From contig OX597814.1 of assembly GCA_951406725.2 (NCBI GenBank), positions 32,922,001-32,986,000 on the forward strand: 64,000 nt of DNA, given 5' to 3'. Of the stretch, positions 40,173-53,299 are shown piece by piece. Under the pieces are notes generated by a model that was not told the origin of the DNA, made no database searches, and worked only from the letters and a program-made list of their open reading frames with translations. The position numbers and the translations under genes were made by a program. Positions within the stretch are counted from its first letter, which is position 1. Each line of letters begins with the position of its first letter. Source of the DNA: Octopus vulgaris. Lineage: Eukaryota.

Positions 40173-41265
40173 TCAAATGTTTAGAACTTAATGAAAGGCT
40201 AGAAAGAGAACGAGAAAAAGTGAAAGAAGAAAAAGAAAAAGATGATGACAATGAGGAGGAGGGGAGAGGGATGGGAGGAGGAGTGGGAGAGAGGAATTAT
40301 GATGATGATGACGATGAGGATGAAGAAAATCAAAAACATAAAGAACATGATTATGAGGATGATGGTAATGATGATGATGATAATGGAGGTGGCGTTGGTG
40401 ATGGCAGCAGTGGTGAAGTGGGGAGAAGGGGTAAGAGGAGGTGAACATCAAGAACAAAAAAAGAGGGGGAGGAAAAGACGAAGAACTGGTCTTACTTCAA
40501 GTTGTTTAAGGCAAAAATGCTCGAATTTCTTAATTAAAAGCCTTCCTCGGCGGCGTGCGTAAAATCTAAGACACCATAATCCTGTCTTTAGGCTGGAGAA
40601 CCTTGAGAATTCGTTTTACGCTTACGGTCTGTTATTGTTTCTTTATGTTTTAGCGACTTGATTGGATTAGTCTAGCAGTGCCGAAATTGGAAGCGTGGAG
40701 AAACGAAACGAAAATATGTACCGAAGCTAACCGCGGGGCACCTGTCAGTAGTTCAGTAACAACAGTCAACAATATCGTTCGGCAGAGTTATCCCACGGCA
40801 AGACGCTGCAGTAACACATTCGGCGCCTTGACTCTCGCAAGTTTTCCAAGTAAAGAATGTGCGTACTGACGCCTACAGGAAGTAATACCGACTACTGAAA
40901 GTGAATGAAATATATATATATACATATATATATATACTTGTGTATGCATACGTGTGTGCCTATATGAGTGTCTGTGTATGTATTTGTGTGTGCATATATA
41001 TATGAGTAAACACTCACACACACATGCACATCGAGCAACAAACTTATGTTTGCATATAGTAACAAATATATATGTATGCATGCACGTATATATATATATA
41101 TATATATACATATGTGTGCATATATATACATATGTGTATATATATATATATATATATGTTGGTATATATATTGTGTGTATATATATTTAAATATATATAT
41201 ATACAGATATATATTATGTATACATATATGCATATATACATATACATATACAAGCATGCATGTAC

Positions 41266-41297
<32 letters not shown>

Positions 41298-41328
41298 GTA
41301 AATATGTATATGTAAATATGTATATGGG

Positions 41329-41380
<52 letters not shown>

Positions 41381-42161
41381 TATGAATGTATATCTGTATG
41401 CGTTTGTGTCTGTGCGTGTGAATGTGCACATACACACACCGCACTCATATATAGATGATTTTTTATTCCCTTTTCTACCTCCAAGGAAACATTTGGATGG
41501 ATGGGCGTAATAAGAGGAATGCCCAATACATTGCATCCCGCTTCTTTGTCCCTTGTTTTATTTCTATGAATGATTTTCATTATTCTTTTTATATTTGTAT
41601 TTTCAGTCTTTTCGATATATCATTTAGTTTTTCTTTATATATTTATTCAATTTATTTCATATTATTCTTATTTATATTGTTATTGGCATTATATTTCTTG
41701 TGCCTCATAATATTGTTTTTTTTTTTTTATTTTTTATAAATTTTACGTTGTATTTCATTCTATTTATTCATCTATATATTTATTTGTGTTTTTTCTTTTT
41801 CGTTCACACCCTTTCCTTCTTTTTCTCACTCCTCTCCATTCTCAAATCCAGATATCCAACATCCTGCTATGAAACTATGAAACATAACAACATAACCTGA
41901 ACATTGAAATCTTAACTGCTAACACAATCATATGAGGTCAGATCACTGAAAGTATAATGATAAACATGTGCTTTCTTTCACCGTTCATTGTATTATAAGT
42001 TGCTTTCATAAAAATTTATATTTGTTTGCGTTTACTTTCTTGATTTATGATATTACATAACCAGCTTAGTTACTTGTAGTGTTCATCATTAATATTGTTT
42101 TGATTTATACATTGTATATACAACGTTTTATTGTGAATAGATAAAGAGAGAGAGAGATGTT

Positions 42162-42232
42162 GGTAGGTAGGTAGGTAGGTAGGTAGGTAGGTAGGTAGGT
42201 AGGTAGGTAGGTAGGTATGTAGGTAGGCAGGT

Positions 42233-42266
<34 letters not shown>

Positions 42267-42400
42267 GTAGGTAGGTAGGTAGGTAGGTAGGTACGTAGGT
42301 AGGTAGGCAAGTAGATAGGAAGATAGATAGATTGATAGGTAGGTAGGTAGGTAGGTAGGTAGGTAGGTAGGTAGGTAGGTAGGTAGGTAGGTAGGTAGGT
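42162..42400. repeat. (TAGG)n/(TAGA)n microsatellite (a similar tract lies at 43034-43290)
   Basis: Direct inspection. Confidence 0.95.
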
Positions 42401-42526
42401 GAGAAAGGCGGCGAGCTGGCAGAAACGCACTGGACAATGTAGACGTGATGATCATGACTGGAACGCCTTTCATTTGTGTCCACTCGATTCATTCTGACTA
42501 GGTCACTATTATTATACATGTTGGTA

Positions 42527-42760
42527 AGGCGGCGAGCTGGCAGAATCGTTAGCACGCCGGTTGAAATGCTTAGCCGTATTTTGTCTGCCGCTACATTCTG
42601 AGTTCAAATTCCGCCGGGGTCGACTTTGCCTTTTATCCTTTCGGGCTCGATAAAATAAATACCAGTTACGCACTGGCGTCGATGTAATCGACTTAATCAT
42701 TTTGTCTGTCCTTGTTTGTCCCCTCTATGTTGAACCCCCTGAGGGCAATAAAAAAATAAG
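42527..42760 (+). mobile_element. SINE family A, full length
   Basis: aaggcggcgagctggcagaatcgttagcacgcc...gggcaataaa. Confidence 0.9.
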
Positions 42761-42813
42761 TTAGGTGGGTTGGTAGGTAGGTTGGTAGATAGGTCGGTTG
42801 GTTGGTATGTAGG

Positions 42814-43033
42814 TAGGGTGTGCTTAAGAGTTCCTGGTTTTGGGTAAAAGAAAATCCCAGAGGATCAGCTAATTATGATTTTATTCAAAATATTCCCCCA
42901 CCCCTCAGATCCACACTCTTATTGCAGCAGTACTTCAGTTTTTTCTAAGCCGTGTAAGAGAACTCGGAAGTTTGGGCTTCTAACCAGCTCTTTGCGTTAC
43001 CCTTAAAGCCAGGAACTTTTCAGCACCCTTTTG
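42814..43033. mobile_element. Mariner-derived MITE
   Basis: Imperfect TIRs gggtgtgcttaagagttcctggtttt / aaagccaggaacttttcagcaccc next to TA. Confidence 0.65.
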
Positions 43034-43173
43034 TAGATAGATAGACAGACAGACAGATAGATAGGTAGGTAGGTAGGTAGTAGGTAGGTAGGTCGGTAGG
43101 TAGGTAGGTAGGTAGGTAGGTAGGTAGGTAGGTAGGTAGGTAGGTAGGTAGGCAGGCAGGCATGCAGGCAGGC

Positions 43174-43215
<42 letters not shown>

Positions 43216-43849
43216 GCAGACAAACAGACAAACAGATAGATATATAGATAGACAGACTGACAGACAGGCAGATAGACAGATAGACATAGACTCACATTCA
43301 TGAATATATTAAAGTAGAAATGTATGTATATATATGCAAGTGTTTGTGTTTGTAGGTATATGTCCATATTTATTTCTTTTTTGTTTTTAATTTAGTGTTT
43401 ATTTTGACTGACCCTCCATGTGATAGCAAGGTTGTGAAGGAAATCATGTTATTTCTTAAGGACTTGTATATATTTACTCTCCCTGACATCATGATCAATT
43501 GTATCTAGTAAGGATTTATATTCTCCCTCCAAAAACATAAGTTCACCCATATTTTCCTCTATTTATGCCATTATCCGTTTACAAGACGTAGTCAGTGTCC
43601 ATGCGGATTATGGTGATTGACAAACCAAAACGTTTTAGCTGATGATATCAGTAAAATTCACAGTGCTATTTAATTTATCGATCTAAAGTTAATCGTTGAT
43701 ACCTCTTCGATATAAATGAACGCCATTCAACACGAAATTTCACCGGTAAGCGTGTACGGAAATTCGACAGAAAAGCAGACACGTCCAAGCTCACACTCTC
43801 GCGCACACACAATTACATATATTCGTTTATTCTTGTATATGTCTTAGTC

Positions 43850-44710
43850 CATCCTGAAGCATCGTCTTGAAGGGTTTTAGTCGGATAATTCCACCCCAGG
43901 ATTTATTTGTTAACCTAGTACTTATTCTATCGGTCACTTTTGCAGAACCGCTATGTTACGAGGAGGTAAACATTCGTTATCAAATGGTGATGTGGGAGAA
44001 ACACAGTCACACAGACACACACATACACATACACAGGGACTGAAACTAAAATTTATGTCGGATCTTGTGAATCCAGATTTAAAATTCGCCTGAACAACCA
44101 CAGATCTTCTTTCAGGGTCCCGGAAAGATGCAATACGACAGCACTTGCAGCATACGCCCTTTAACATCAGGTGGAACGTATTGGAAACTTGTGGACCCTA
44201 TCGTAATGGAACAAGACTGTATAAATTGTGTTTGGCAGAAAGATTTATAATTATCATGAACTCACATGAGCCAGCCGTGAGGAGTTCTCCATATATTCGG
44301 AAATTTTGACTTCAAAATTGGAAAAACCTAGCTATCAAGCGAAGGCAGACAACTCGTCCGGCCATATTTTTAAAGAGGACTATTTCTTGAACTATCACCG
44401 GCGTTCTTGTGTTTTAAAACAAACATTCTTTGCAGAGAACGGTTACTGCTTAGAGAAACTGAAGAGATTTCAAGTTCACGGTAGATATGAAACCAATGTT
44501 TTTTTCTTCTAAACTTACGTTACACGTACACAATATATATTCACACACATGACGGGTTTCTTTCAGTCTCCGTCTACCAATTCCACTTACAAAGCTTTGG
44601 TCGGCCCGGGGCTATAATAGAAGACACTTGTTCAAGGTGGCAAACCGCGGGACTGAACCTCAAATCATGTGGGTGGGAAACAAGCTTCTTACCACACAAC
44701 CACGCCTGCG
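43850..44710 (-). mobile_element. SINE family B split by a PLE fragment in its internal microsatellite
   Basis: Tail at 43850-44030, head at 44550-44710. Confidence 0.75.
44036..44520 (+). mobile_element. Naiad-like PLE GIY-YIG fragment and 3' region
   Basis: KIYVGSCESRFKIRLNNHRSSF...TTALA and FNIRWNVLETCGPYRNGTRLYKLCLAERFII. Confidence 0.85.
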
Positions 44711-44732
44711 TATATAGATGTGTGTGTGTGTA

Positions 44733-44801
<69 letters not shown>

Positions 44802-45044
44802 AGCTTTCATCGCTAATGTTATTTTGAGCTAGTTGCTACACCTTTAGCTGGATAGTTACTGCTATTCAAAATATCGTTCACAGCGAGATTTCACTGGTAT
44901 GAGCAGTACTGTGAAATCACGTGATTGACAGTTCCCGCGCGTATGCCATCAGTTCTACTTTGATTTATGCGTATGTTCTTAGCACCGTACATCTATATGA
45001 GAGTAACCACTCAAGGAGAATACCACACTATTCAGGTTCTACTA

Positions 45045-45253
45045 ATCCTTTCTACTAAAAGCACAAGGCCTGAAATTTTGGAGGAAGGGGATCAGTCAAT
45101 TAAATCGACCCCAGTGTTTCACTGGTACTTATTTTATCAACCCCTAAAAGATGAAGACCAAAATCGACCCCAGCGGTATTTGAACTCAGAACGTAAAGAC
45201 GGATAAAATGCAGCTAAGCATGGCTTGCTAACGATTCTGCCAGCTCGCTGCTT
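45045..45253 (-). mobile_element. SINE family A, diverged
   Basis: aatcgaccccagtg...tttgaactcagaacgta...tctgccagctcgc. Confidence 0.8.
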
Positions 45254-45343
45254 TCGGAGTTCTAATAATACGTCCTCGTTATGTAGGATATAAAGATTGA
45301 CAGATACATGTTTGTGAGTGAGTGTGTGTGCATATATATATGT

Positions 45344-45726
45344 GGAGACGCAATGGCCCAGTGGTTAGGGCAGCGGACTCGCGGTCGTAAGATCGCGGTT
45401 TCGATTCCCAGACCGGGCGTTGTGAGTGTTTATTGAGCGAAAACACCTAAAAGCTCTACGAGGCTCCGGCAGGGGATAGTGGTGATCCCTGCTGTACTCT
45501 TTCACCACAACTTTCTCTCACTCTTACTTCCTGTTCCTGTTGTACCTGTATTTCAAAGGGCCGGCCTTGTCACTCTCTGTGTCACGCTCAATATCCATGA
45601 GAACTACGTTAAGGGTACACGTGTCTGTGGAGTGCTCAGCCACTTACACGTTAATTTCATGAGCAGGCTGTTCCGTTGATCGGATCAACCGGAACCCTCG
45701 TCGTCGTAACCGACGGAGTGCTTCCA
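45344..45726 (+). mobile_element. SINE family C, full length
   Basis: tRNA-like head ggagacgcaatggcccagtggttagggcagcggactcgcggtcgtaagatcgcggtttcgattccc with A and B boxes. Tail ends gacggagtgcttcca. Confidence 0.9.
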
Positions 45727-45745
45727 TATATATATATATATATAT

Positions 45746-46745
45746 AAATTAATAAATAAATAAAATATATGCATATATACACACATATACGTACGTACCT
45801 ACCTCTACATGTATATATACATGCATATATGGGTACAGGACACCAAAAAAACGTCCAACACAATGAGACATTGAAGACATGTATCGCCTTGACCTTCGAA
45901 ACGTGGAGTAGATGAAATTAAGGCGACTGAAGAAGGGGAATTTTCCTTGTTTTGTATGTCCTCTACTCTATTTTTTCGTTGTTTTCTCCCCTCCCTTTCT
46001 CAGCCTTCATTATTTGGGCTTTCCTTTTCTTCCACTTACTGTCTCTCTCTCTCTCCCTCTCTCTCTCATTCTTCATTCTTTTCTTTTCTCTACTACCATG
46101 TCCTTTCTTTTCTCTCTTTTCTCTCTTCTTTTCTCTCCCCTTCTCTTACTCCTCCTCCTCCCTCCCGTCGCGGTCACGTGATTAGACGGCTATTTCTGTT
46201 TTTTCTTTCTTGAACTCCGTCAAGTAGAGACGTTAACCTGTTCTCTCTTGCGTCTCAAACAATAGCGTTCATAAAAATTTTTTATCTCATTTGGCTTAAC
46301 AGCCCTTCTTGTTTGTGCTACTGTTATTCTCCGTGTCCTGTCTTTTACTGTTTATATTTTGTACTGTCGTTACTATCCTGTTTTTGTTACCATTTTTACA
46401 CCTCCGCAAAAAAACCTCAAATTTTATTTAATTTGATTTTCGCGGGAAGGAAAATTTCATTAAAGACATGCATCGCCTTGACCTTCGAAACGTGGAGTAG
46501 ATGAAATTAAGGCGACTGAAGAAGGGGAATTTTCCTTGTTTTGTATGTCCTCTACTCTATTTTTTCGTTGTTTTAAAATAATGTCCATTTCCTTGGTTTT
46601 GTGTTTATGTTTTCGTTTCTAGTTGTGTTCGACGTTTTTTTTTTGTGTCCTGTACCCATATATGCATGTATATATACATGTAGAGGTAGGTACGTACATA
46701 TATGTGTGTATATATGCATATATTTTATTTACTTATTAATTTATT
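45746..46745 (+). mobile_element. Non-autonomous PLE-type element: inverted 5' tail plus tandem partial terminal repeat
   Basis: 45746-45865 is the reverse complement of about 46620-46743, and 45875-45985 directly repeats 46463-46573. No ORF. Confidence 0.75.
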
Positions 46746-46784
46746 ATATGACAGAACGCACGCATCACTTTCTAAGTAAGATTG

Positions 46785-46855
<71 letters not shown>

Positions 46856-47269
46856 TGTATGTATGTATATATATATATATATATATATGTAATGTATATA
46901 TACTTATATATAAATGTGTGTGTGCATATGTGTATATGTACATTCATGTGTTTTTATATGTGTGTGTGTATTTGTGTATGTGTGTGGGTATGTATGCAAG
47001 TGGCAAAGAAGCGAGTACTCGAACAACCCGACTACTGTACATATATATTTCAATATGGTACTTGTTATATCGGCTCCTGTTTGAAGAACCGCTAGGTTAT
47101 AGGGGTGTAAATAACTCGTTGCCAATTGCCAAGTGGTAGCGGAAGACAAGCACTAACACGCACAGATACACACACATACATACATACATACATACATACA
47201 TACATACATACATACATACATACATACATACATACATACATACATACATACATAAGCCCACAGTATGGT

Positions 47270-47660
47270 AGAAGCTATAGCCACTCATAATAAAAAGGAG
47301 CACAGGTGCAATTTCCCAGTGAAGACCTGAATAAAATGTAAGCACAACAGACCTGACATGATAGAGAAGAGAAATTGTGTACAGTTGTGGAAATTGGCTG
47401 AAGATTAGTGAAAAAGAGAATGCCAACGCTGAACTATTGAGAAATCTACAGTTGCTCTATCCAGATTACATGTTCAGGTATATAGTTGTAATAATTGAGG
47501 CCCTGGGATATAAAACACGCTACCTAAATACCAAACTTGAGAAATTAGGCTTTTCAAACCCAGAAAGAAGAACGCTAATTCGAAGACTACAGATGCAATC
47601 CATCACTAGGACTGTAAAAATCTGTAAAACTTGCCAGAAGTTTATCCTTTAAATATATAT
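47270..47660 (+). mobile_element. R2-group (restriction-like endonuclease) LINE C-terminal relic
   Basis: RPD at about 47350, then LLRNLQLLYPDYMFRYIVVIIEALG...LQMQSITRTVKICKT. Confidence 0.65.
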
Positions 47661-47800
47661 GAATTTGTCTAGATATGCAACCATATGCATGACAATACAG
47701 ACATAAAGCAAAACGACAAATCTGCATATATACATACTTACGTACATTCATACATACATACATACATACATACATACATACATACATACATACATACATG

Positions 47801-47834
<34 letters not shown>

Positions 47835-48059
47835 TTACGGAGATGTACTTGCTTAGCAAGTGACCTGATCTGAGCTCGTGTGCTGAAACAAAACCAATTG
47901 CAGCGTGGAAGGTGTTTATAAGCCATTTAAAATCAAACAAAACCGTTAGATTCACTCCAACATTTAAGTTTTATTTGCCAAAATATTTTTGTCACTTTGA
48001 GACCGCGGCCTGATCACTGGCAAAATTCCGTGCTGAAATGTAATGGCTGAAGTTTGGAA

Positions 48060-48142
<83 letters not shown>

Positions 48143-48267
48143 CGCGCACACACATGCACACACACACGCACAGACACACACGCACAGACACACACACATA
48201 CACATTCATATATATCTTGGTCTGTTTTTTGATGCATTTCATTCCATGAAATAGACAAAAATTCTTT
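47436..48267 (+). repeat. Source copy of an 830 bp inverted duplication (partner 51276-52119)
   Basis: Reverse-complement identity apart from (CA)n length and at least one substitution. Confidence 0.97.
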
Positions 48268-49642
48268 AATTAGTTGGCAAGCAACAATTTCATTAAACCG
48301 CAGAAAAATTCACAGTCCTTATCCTGAATCAAATCACAATACGAAACATTAGCAAAATCCTTCAACCATGAAATACCTAAATCGTTCCAAAAATATATTC
48401 TTAATTAATTTTACACCTCTATTTAAATGATAAACTCCATAACAAACCGCTTTGAAATTTACAAATGCCACAAACAAAACGGTATTTAGGTCATCTTAAC
48501 GTTGATCAAAACGCTATTCAAACCAATAAATCAACCTGCATTGGTTTCGATATTTACAAACACATTACGATACGTAACAAATCAGACATCACAAAAATGG
48601 CGCATGAATTGCACTGATTTAGATTAACAACAAGTATCCCACACCAATAAAAATAAAGTAATAAGACAGCAAAACAAATTCAAAATGCACCGCTCCTCCT
48701 CAACAAGGAAAGTAAAAAAACCAGGTTACCAAAATATAATCAATGAAGAGCCACTAAAATATCAGTCTATCAGTAAACGTACAAAGCAAATTAATGATGA
48801 AGCTCGAGTAAACACCGCGTCCAATCTAAAAAACATAAGTATCTCCAAACCGAGTTGTAACAGTTCTCGTTTGAAGATTACAATGGCGTGAAACTCATGT
48901 CATGAGATAAACATCTAGTTTCAATGAACTGTACACGCATGTGTGTAGGAACAGATCTAAACATACAGTAGATTTTATAGTGTATTAGCTAAGTGTTATA
49001 TACACACTCTAAAACTTCGTATGACGATTTAGTTATGTTAGTTTAAACGTTCAAGCCAGATCTTATCATGTCTTTTATACTACATAAGCCATTAATCAAC
49101 TTTATTGATATCTTGACAATAGGAGACGATGGAAATTTGTATATTAGTACTGTCACACTCAACTAGAATCAGTAAAACAATACTACAACATCTGCACATG
49201 TTTATATTATGAACATAGAGTCACATACATACGTATTGTAATGTTCTAATTACCTAACGAACATTACACAACGCTTGATGCAATCAAACATGTGATACAA
49301 TGTTCGCACGATACTATTGTCTTCTCTACGAAGAGACTGCCTCTGTTATGCACGAAATAACATGAACGCTGACAATGAGATCATACCTTTATACGACATG
49401 AAAGATAGGTGAATATTTGGAAGCATGGACAAAGAATGGAAAATGAAAGCAAGAACGGTTGTCTGTCTCCGTGACTTTGCGTACCAATTATAATCACCAG
49501 TGGCTGATCCGAGAGTTTGAAACGTGGTACATATTATCTGGATATTAACATTAAACACTATTTCTTTTTGACACAACTAATGATTATACATACATACATA
49601 TACACACGCATACACACACACACACACACACACATACATACA

Positions 49643-49677
<35 letters not shown>

Positions 49678-49696
49678 TTTATATATATATATATAT

Positions 49697-50386
49697 ATTT
49701 CGTTTGGGGATTTGGTTTGCAAGATTCTTTATGTGAGTTCGTGTGTTGAAGCATATTCTGCTGTGTCTGGTAAAGTTAGGAAGGAGGTGGCTGAGAAGAA
49801 GCAATGAAGAAGAAGAAAAAAGAGAATGGAGAATAAGAAGGAATGTAGGTAGTACGATAGTGGTAAGGTGTTAAATGGTCAAATGATTTAAATTTGGCTC
49901 GTTATGGATTATAGCAGTGATTGGGACTGTTCTTTAATGAATTCTTCGGAATTTCTTGAGTGTATCATTTTTAATATTTGCTTGTGTATTTGTGTTATTC
50001 TAAAGCTGTGGCGGATTTGTCGTTTGTTGCAATCGCGTTCAAAAGGGGTCTGTATTTTGCAATAAAGAGAGTCTCTTTACTAATCCGTTGACTACAGGTT
50101 GTACCGTCCCTGAATTGGTAGAGGGGGAAAATTCTGAAACTTGGACTTTTGTTATTAGCGCAAATGTCTATGTGTTGGCTGAATGCCATTTTTCTCTTTT
50201 GAGGAGTTTTGATCTGGGATCTGTGCAGAGCCACTCTTTTACGTAGACTGATTTTTGTTTGGTCTATGTATTGCTCTTGACACCCAGAGCAGGTTAGTGC
50301 GTATATCAGGTTCTCCGAAACACATGCGAAGTTGCTTTTCACTGTGAAACGTTCTCCCTGATTGAAGGAGAACTCTGATCCCTCAG

Positions 50387-50388
<2 letters not shown>
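49697..50388 (-). mobile_element. PLE (Neptune-like) GIY-YIG endonuclease fragment and 3' region
   Basis: [31 protein letters not shown]...LRKRVALH...[14 protein letters not shown], with a CxxC insert between the GIY and YIG motifs. Both ends lie in (TA)n. Confidence 0.88.
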
Positions 50389-50441
<53 letters not shown>

Positions 50442-50477
50442 TGTGTGTGTGTATGTATGTATATATACGTATATATG

Positions 50478-50516
<39 letters not shown>

Positions 50517-50520
<4 letters not shown>

Positions 50521-51163
50521 TACAAAATTAGAGAATGGAGAAACATACTTAAATCAGTAAAACATCAACTATCCGATGATACTCAATCCATACTTTAATA
50601 CACCATTACATATGAGTAAAGGCAATATATAAAATGAAATGATATATACAGTAATAGTAAAAAGATAAAGAGATATAAGTAAAAAATTTCAAATATAATA
50701 TGCAAATAAATCAAAACTGACAGCTGTTTCGGCAGTGAGGACAGTCATACCTCATTTAACCTATAAGCCATAAAGGCAGGTATAAATGAGGCATTAACAA
50801 GGATGCCCCACGGCCTCTTCAGAGAATTAAATTAAATTTGTTATAATAGTGAAAAATATTATATAATCATATACATATAAATATAAAAATATAAAAATGT
50901 AAAATATAAAAACTTATACATCATAATGCTACACTTATATAATATAATACACATTTGTACAAAAAGGAAGGTAAACAGAACAAAATAAAACAAAATATAT
51001 AACAGTGTATATATTAATATTAATAAGTACCGATATTATACATATTTGGCTAATAGTTTTTTTTATAAAAAAAAGGCTAACACATATGGAGATGAAAAAT
51101 AATAATTAAATCCGTGGTACAGTTCATAAAATTCTAAAGCTATAAAAGTTAATAAAAATTACT

Positions 51164-51250
<87 letters not shown>

Positions 51251-51400
51251 TAATAAAAATAAAATAATAATAATAAAAGAATTTTTGTCTATTTCATGGA
51301 ATGAAATGCATCAAAAAACAGACCAAGATATATATGAATGTGTATGTGTGTGTGTCTGTGCGTGTGTGTCTGTGCGTGTGTGTGTGCATGTGTGTGCGCG

Positions 51401-51495
<95 letters not shown>

Positions 51496-51720
51496 TTCCA
51501 AACTTCAGCCATTACATTTCAGCACGGAATTTTGCCAGTGATCAGGCCGCGGTCTCAAAGTGACAAAAATATTTTGGCAAATAAAACTTAAATGTTGGAG
51601 TGAATCTAACGGTTTTGTTTGATTTTAAATGGCTTATAAACACCTTCCACGCTGCAATTGGTTTTGTTTCAGCACACGAGCTCAGATCAGGTCACTTGCT
51701 AAGCAAGTACATCTCCGTAA

Positions 51721-51754
<34 letters not shown>

Positions 51755-52150
51755 CATGTATGTATGTATGTATGTATGTATGTATGTATGTATGTATGTA
51801 TGTATGAATGTACGTAAGTATGTATATATGCAGATTTGTCGTTTTGCTTTATGTCTGTATTGTCATGCATATGGTTGCATATCTAGACAAATTCATATAT
51901 ATTTAAAGGATAAACTTCTGGCAAGTTTTACAGATTTTTACAGTCCTAGTGATGGATTGCATCTGTAGTCTTCGAATTAGCGTTCTTCTTTCTGGGTTTG
52001 AAAAGCCTAATTTCTCAAGTTTGGTATTTAGGTAGCGTGTTTTATATCCCGGGGCCTCAATTATTACAACTATATACCTGAACATGTAATCTGGATAGAG
52101 CAACTGTAGATTTCTCAATGGTGCTAACTTAACTGTATCTATTTTTATTA

Positions 52151-52211
<61 letters not shown>

Positions 52212-53030
52212 AGTAATTTTTATTAACTTTTATAGCTTTAGAATTTTATGAACTGTACCACGGATTTAATTATTATTTTTCATCTCCATATGTGTTAGCC
52301 TTTTTTTTATAAAAAAAACTATTAGCCAAATATGTATAATATCGGTACTTATTAATATTAATATATACACTGTTATATATTTTGTTTTATTTTGTTCTGT
52401 TTACCTTCCTTTTTGTACAAATGTGTATTATATTATATAAGTGTAGCATTATGATGTATAAGTTTTTATATTTTACATTTTTATATTTTTATATTTATAT
52501 GTATATGATTATATAATATTTTTCACTATTATAACAAATTTAATTTAATTCTCTGAAGAGGCCGTGGGGCATCCTTGTTAATGCCTCATTTATACCTGCC
52601 TTTATGGCTTATAGGTTAAATGAGGTATGACTGTCCTCACTGCCGAAACAGCTGTCAGTTTTGATTTATTTGCATATTATATTTGAAATTTTTTACTTAT
52701 ATCTCTTTATCTTTTTACTATTACTGTATATATCATTTCATTTTATATATTGCCTTTACTCATATGTAATGGTGTATTAAAGTATGGATTGAGTATCATC
52801 GGATAGTTGATGTTTTACTGATTTAAGTATGTTTCTCCATTCTCTAATTTTGTAGTATTAATTTACGGTAATATTATTACCTTTACCCATTTAATACAAT
52901 AGATGAACTGATTGCTTGACAATTTTTAACATCTATGTATTAATTTTGTTGGGTACCTATCTAGCAGTATATTGGATATATATTATCCCATGGTGGGTTG
53001 AATTTTCAACCCCTATCTCATTTTATAACC
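50517..53030. mobile_element. Non-coding PLE-type element with about 700 bp inverted arms (50517-51260 and 52141-52857) enclosing captured genomic DNA
   Basis: The arms appear identical as reverse complements. Each carries an HHR. The outer ends lie in (TA)n and the inner ends in (AAT)n. Confidence 0.8.
52551..52658 (+). ncRNA. Type I hammerhead ribozyme motif with an extended stem II (inverted copy at about 50717-50824)
   Basis: CT-CTGAAGA-GGC...GCC-GAAA-CAGCTG-TC-AG: intact core, palindromic stem III, weak stem I. Confidence 0.7.
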
Positions 53031-53193
53031 TATATATATATATATATATATATAATACATATATTTTTTAATAATTTTGTTACATATTAAAATAATATAA
53101 ATTAATCATATGTATTAGCTTAAGTTTTTTTTGTTTGATTTGCCTAATAGTGGTTTTGTCTCTAATTTAATATAATATATGCATATATATATG

Positions 53194-53270
<77 letters not shown>

Positions 53271-53299
53271 GTATGTATATATATATGTATGGATATGTA

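Noticed and set aside
40188-40562. Acidic or His-rich ORFs
   Set aside because: Degenerate (GAT/GAG)n low-complexity tract with open frames on both strands.
42162-43150. (TAGG)n arrays as interstitial telomeres
   Set aside because: The unit is TAGG mixed with TAGA, not TTAGGG or TTAGG; an ordinary tetranucleotide microsatellite.
45344-45415. tRNA-like cloverleaf at SINE heads (also 5663, 16294, 42527)
   Set aside because: The acceptor stem does not close and the sequence continues into the SINE body, so these are SINE promoters, not tRNA genes.
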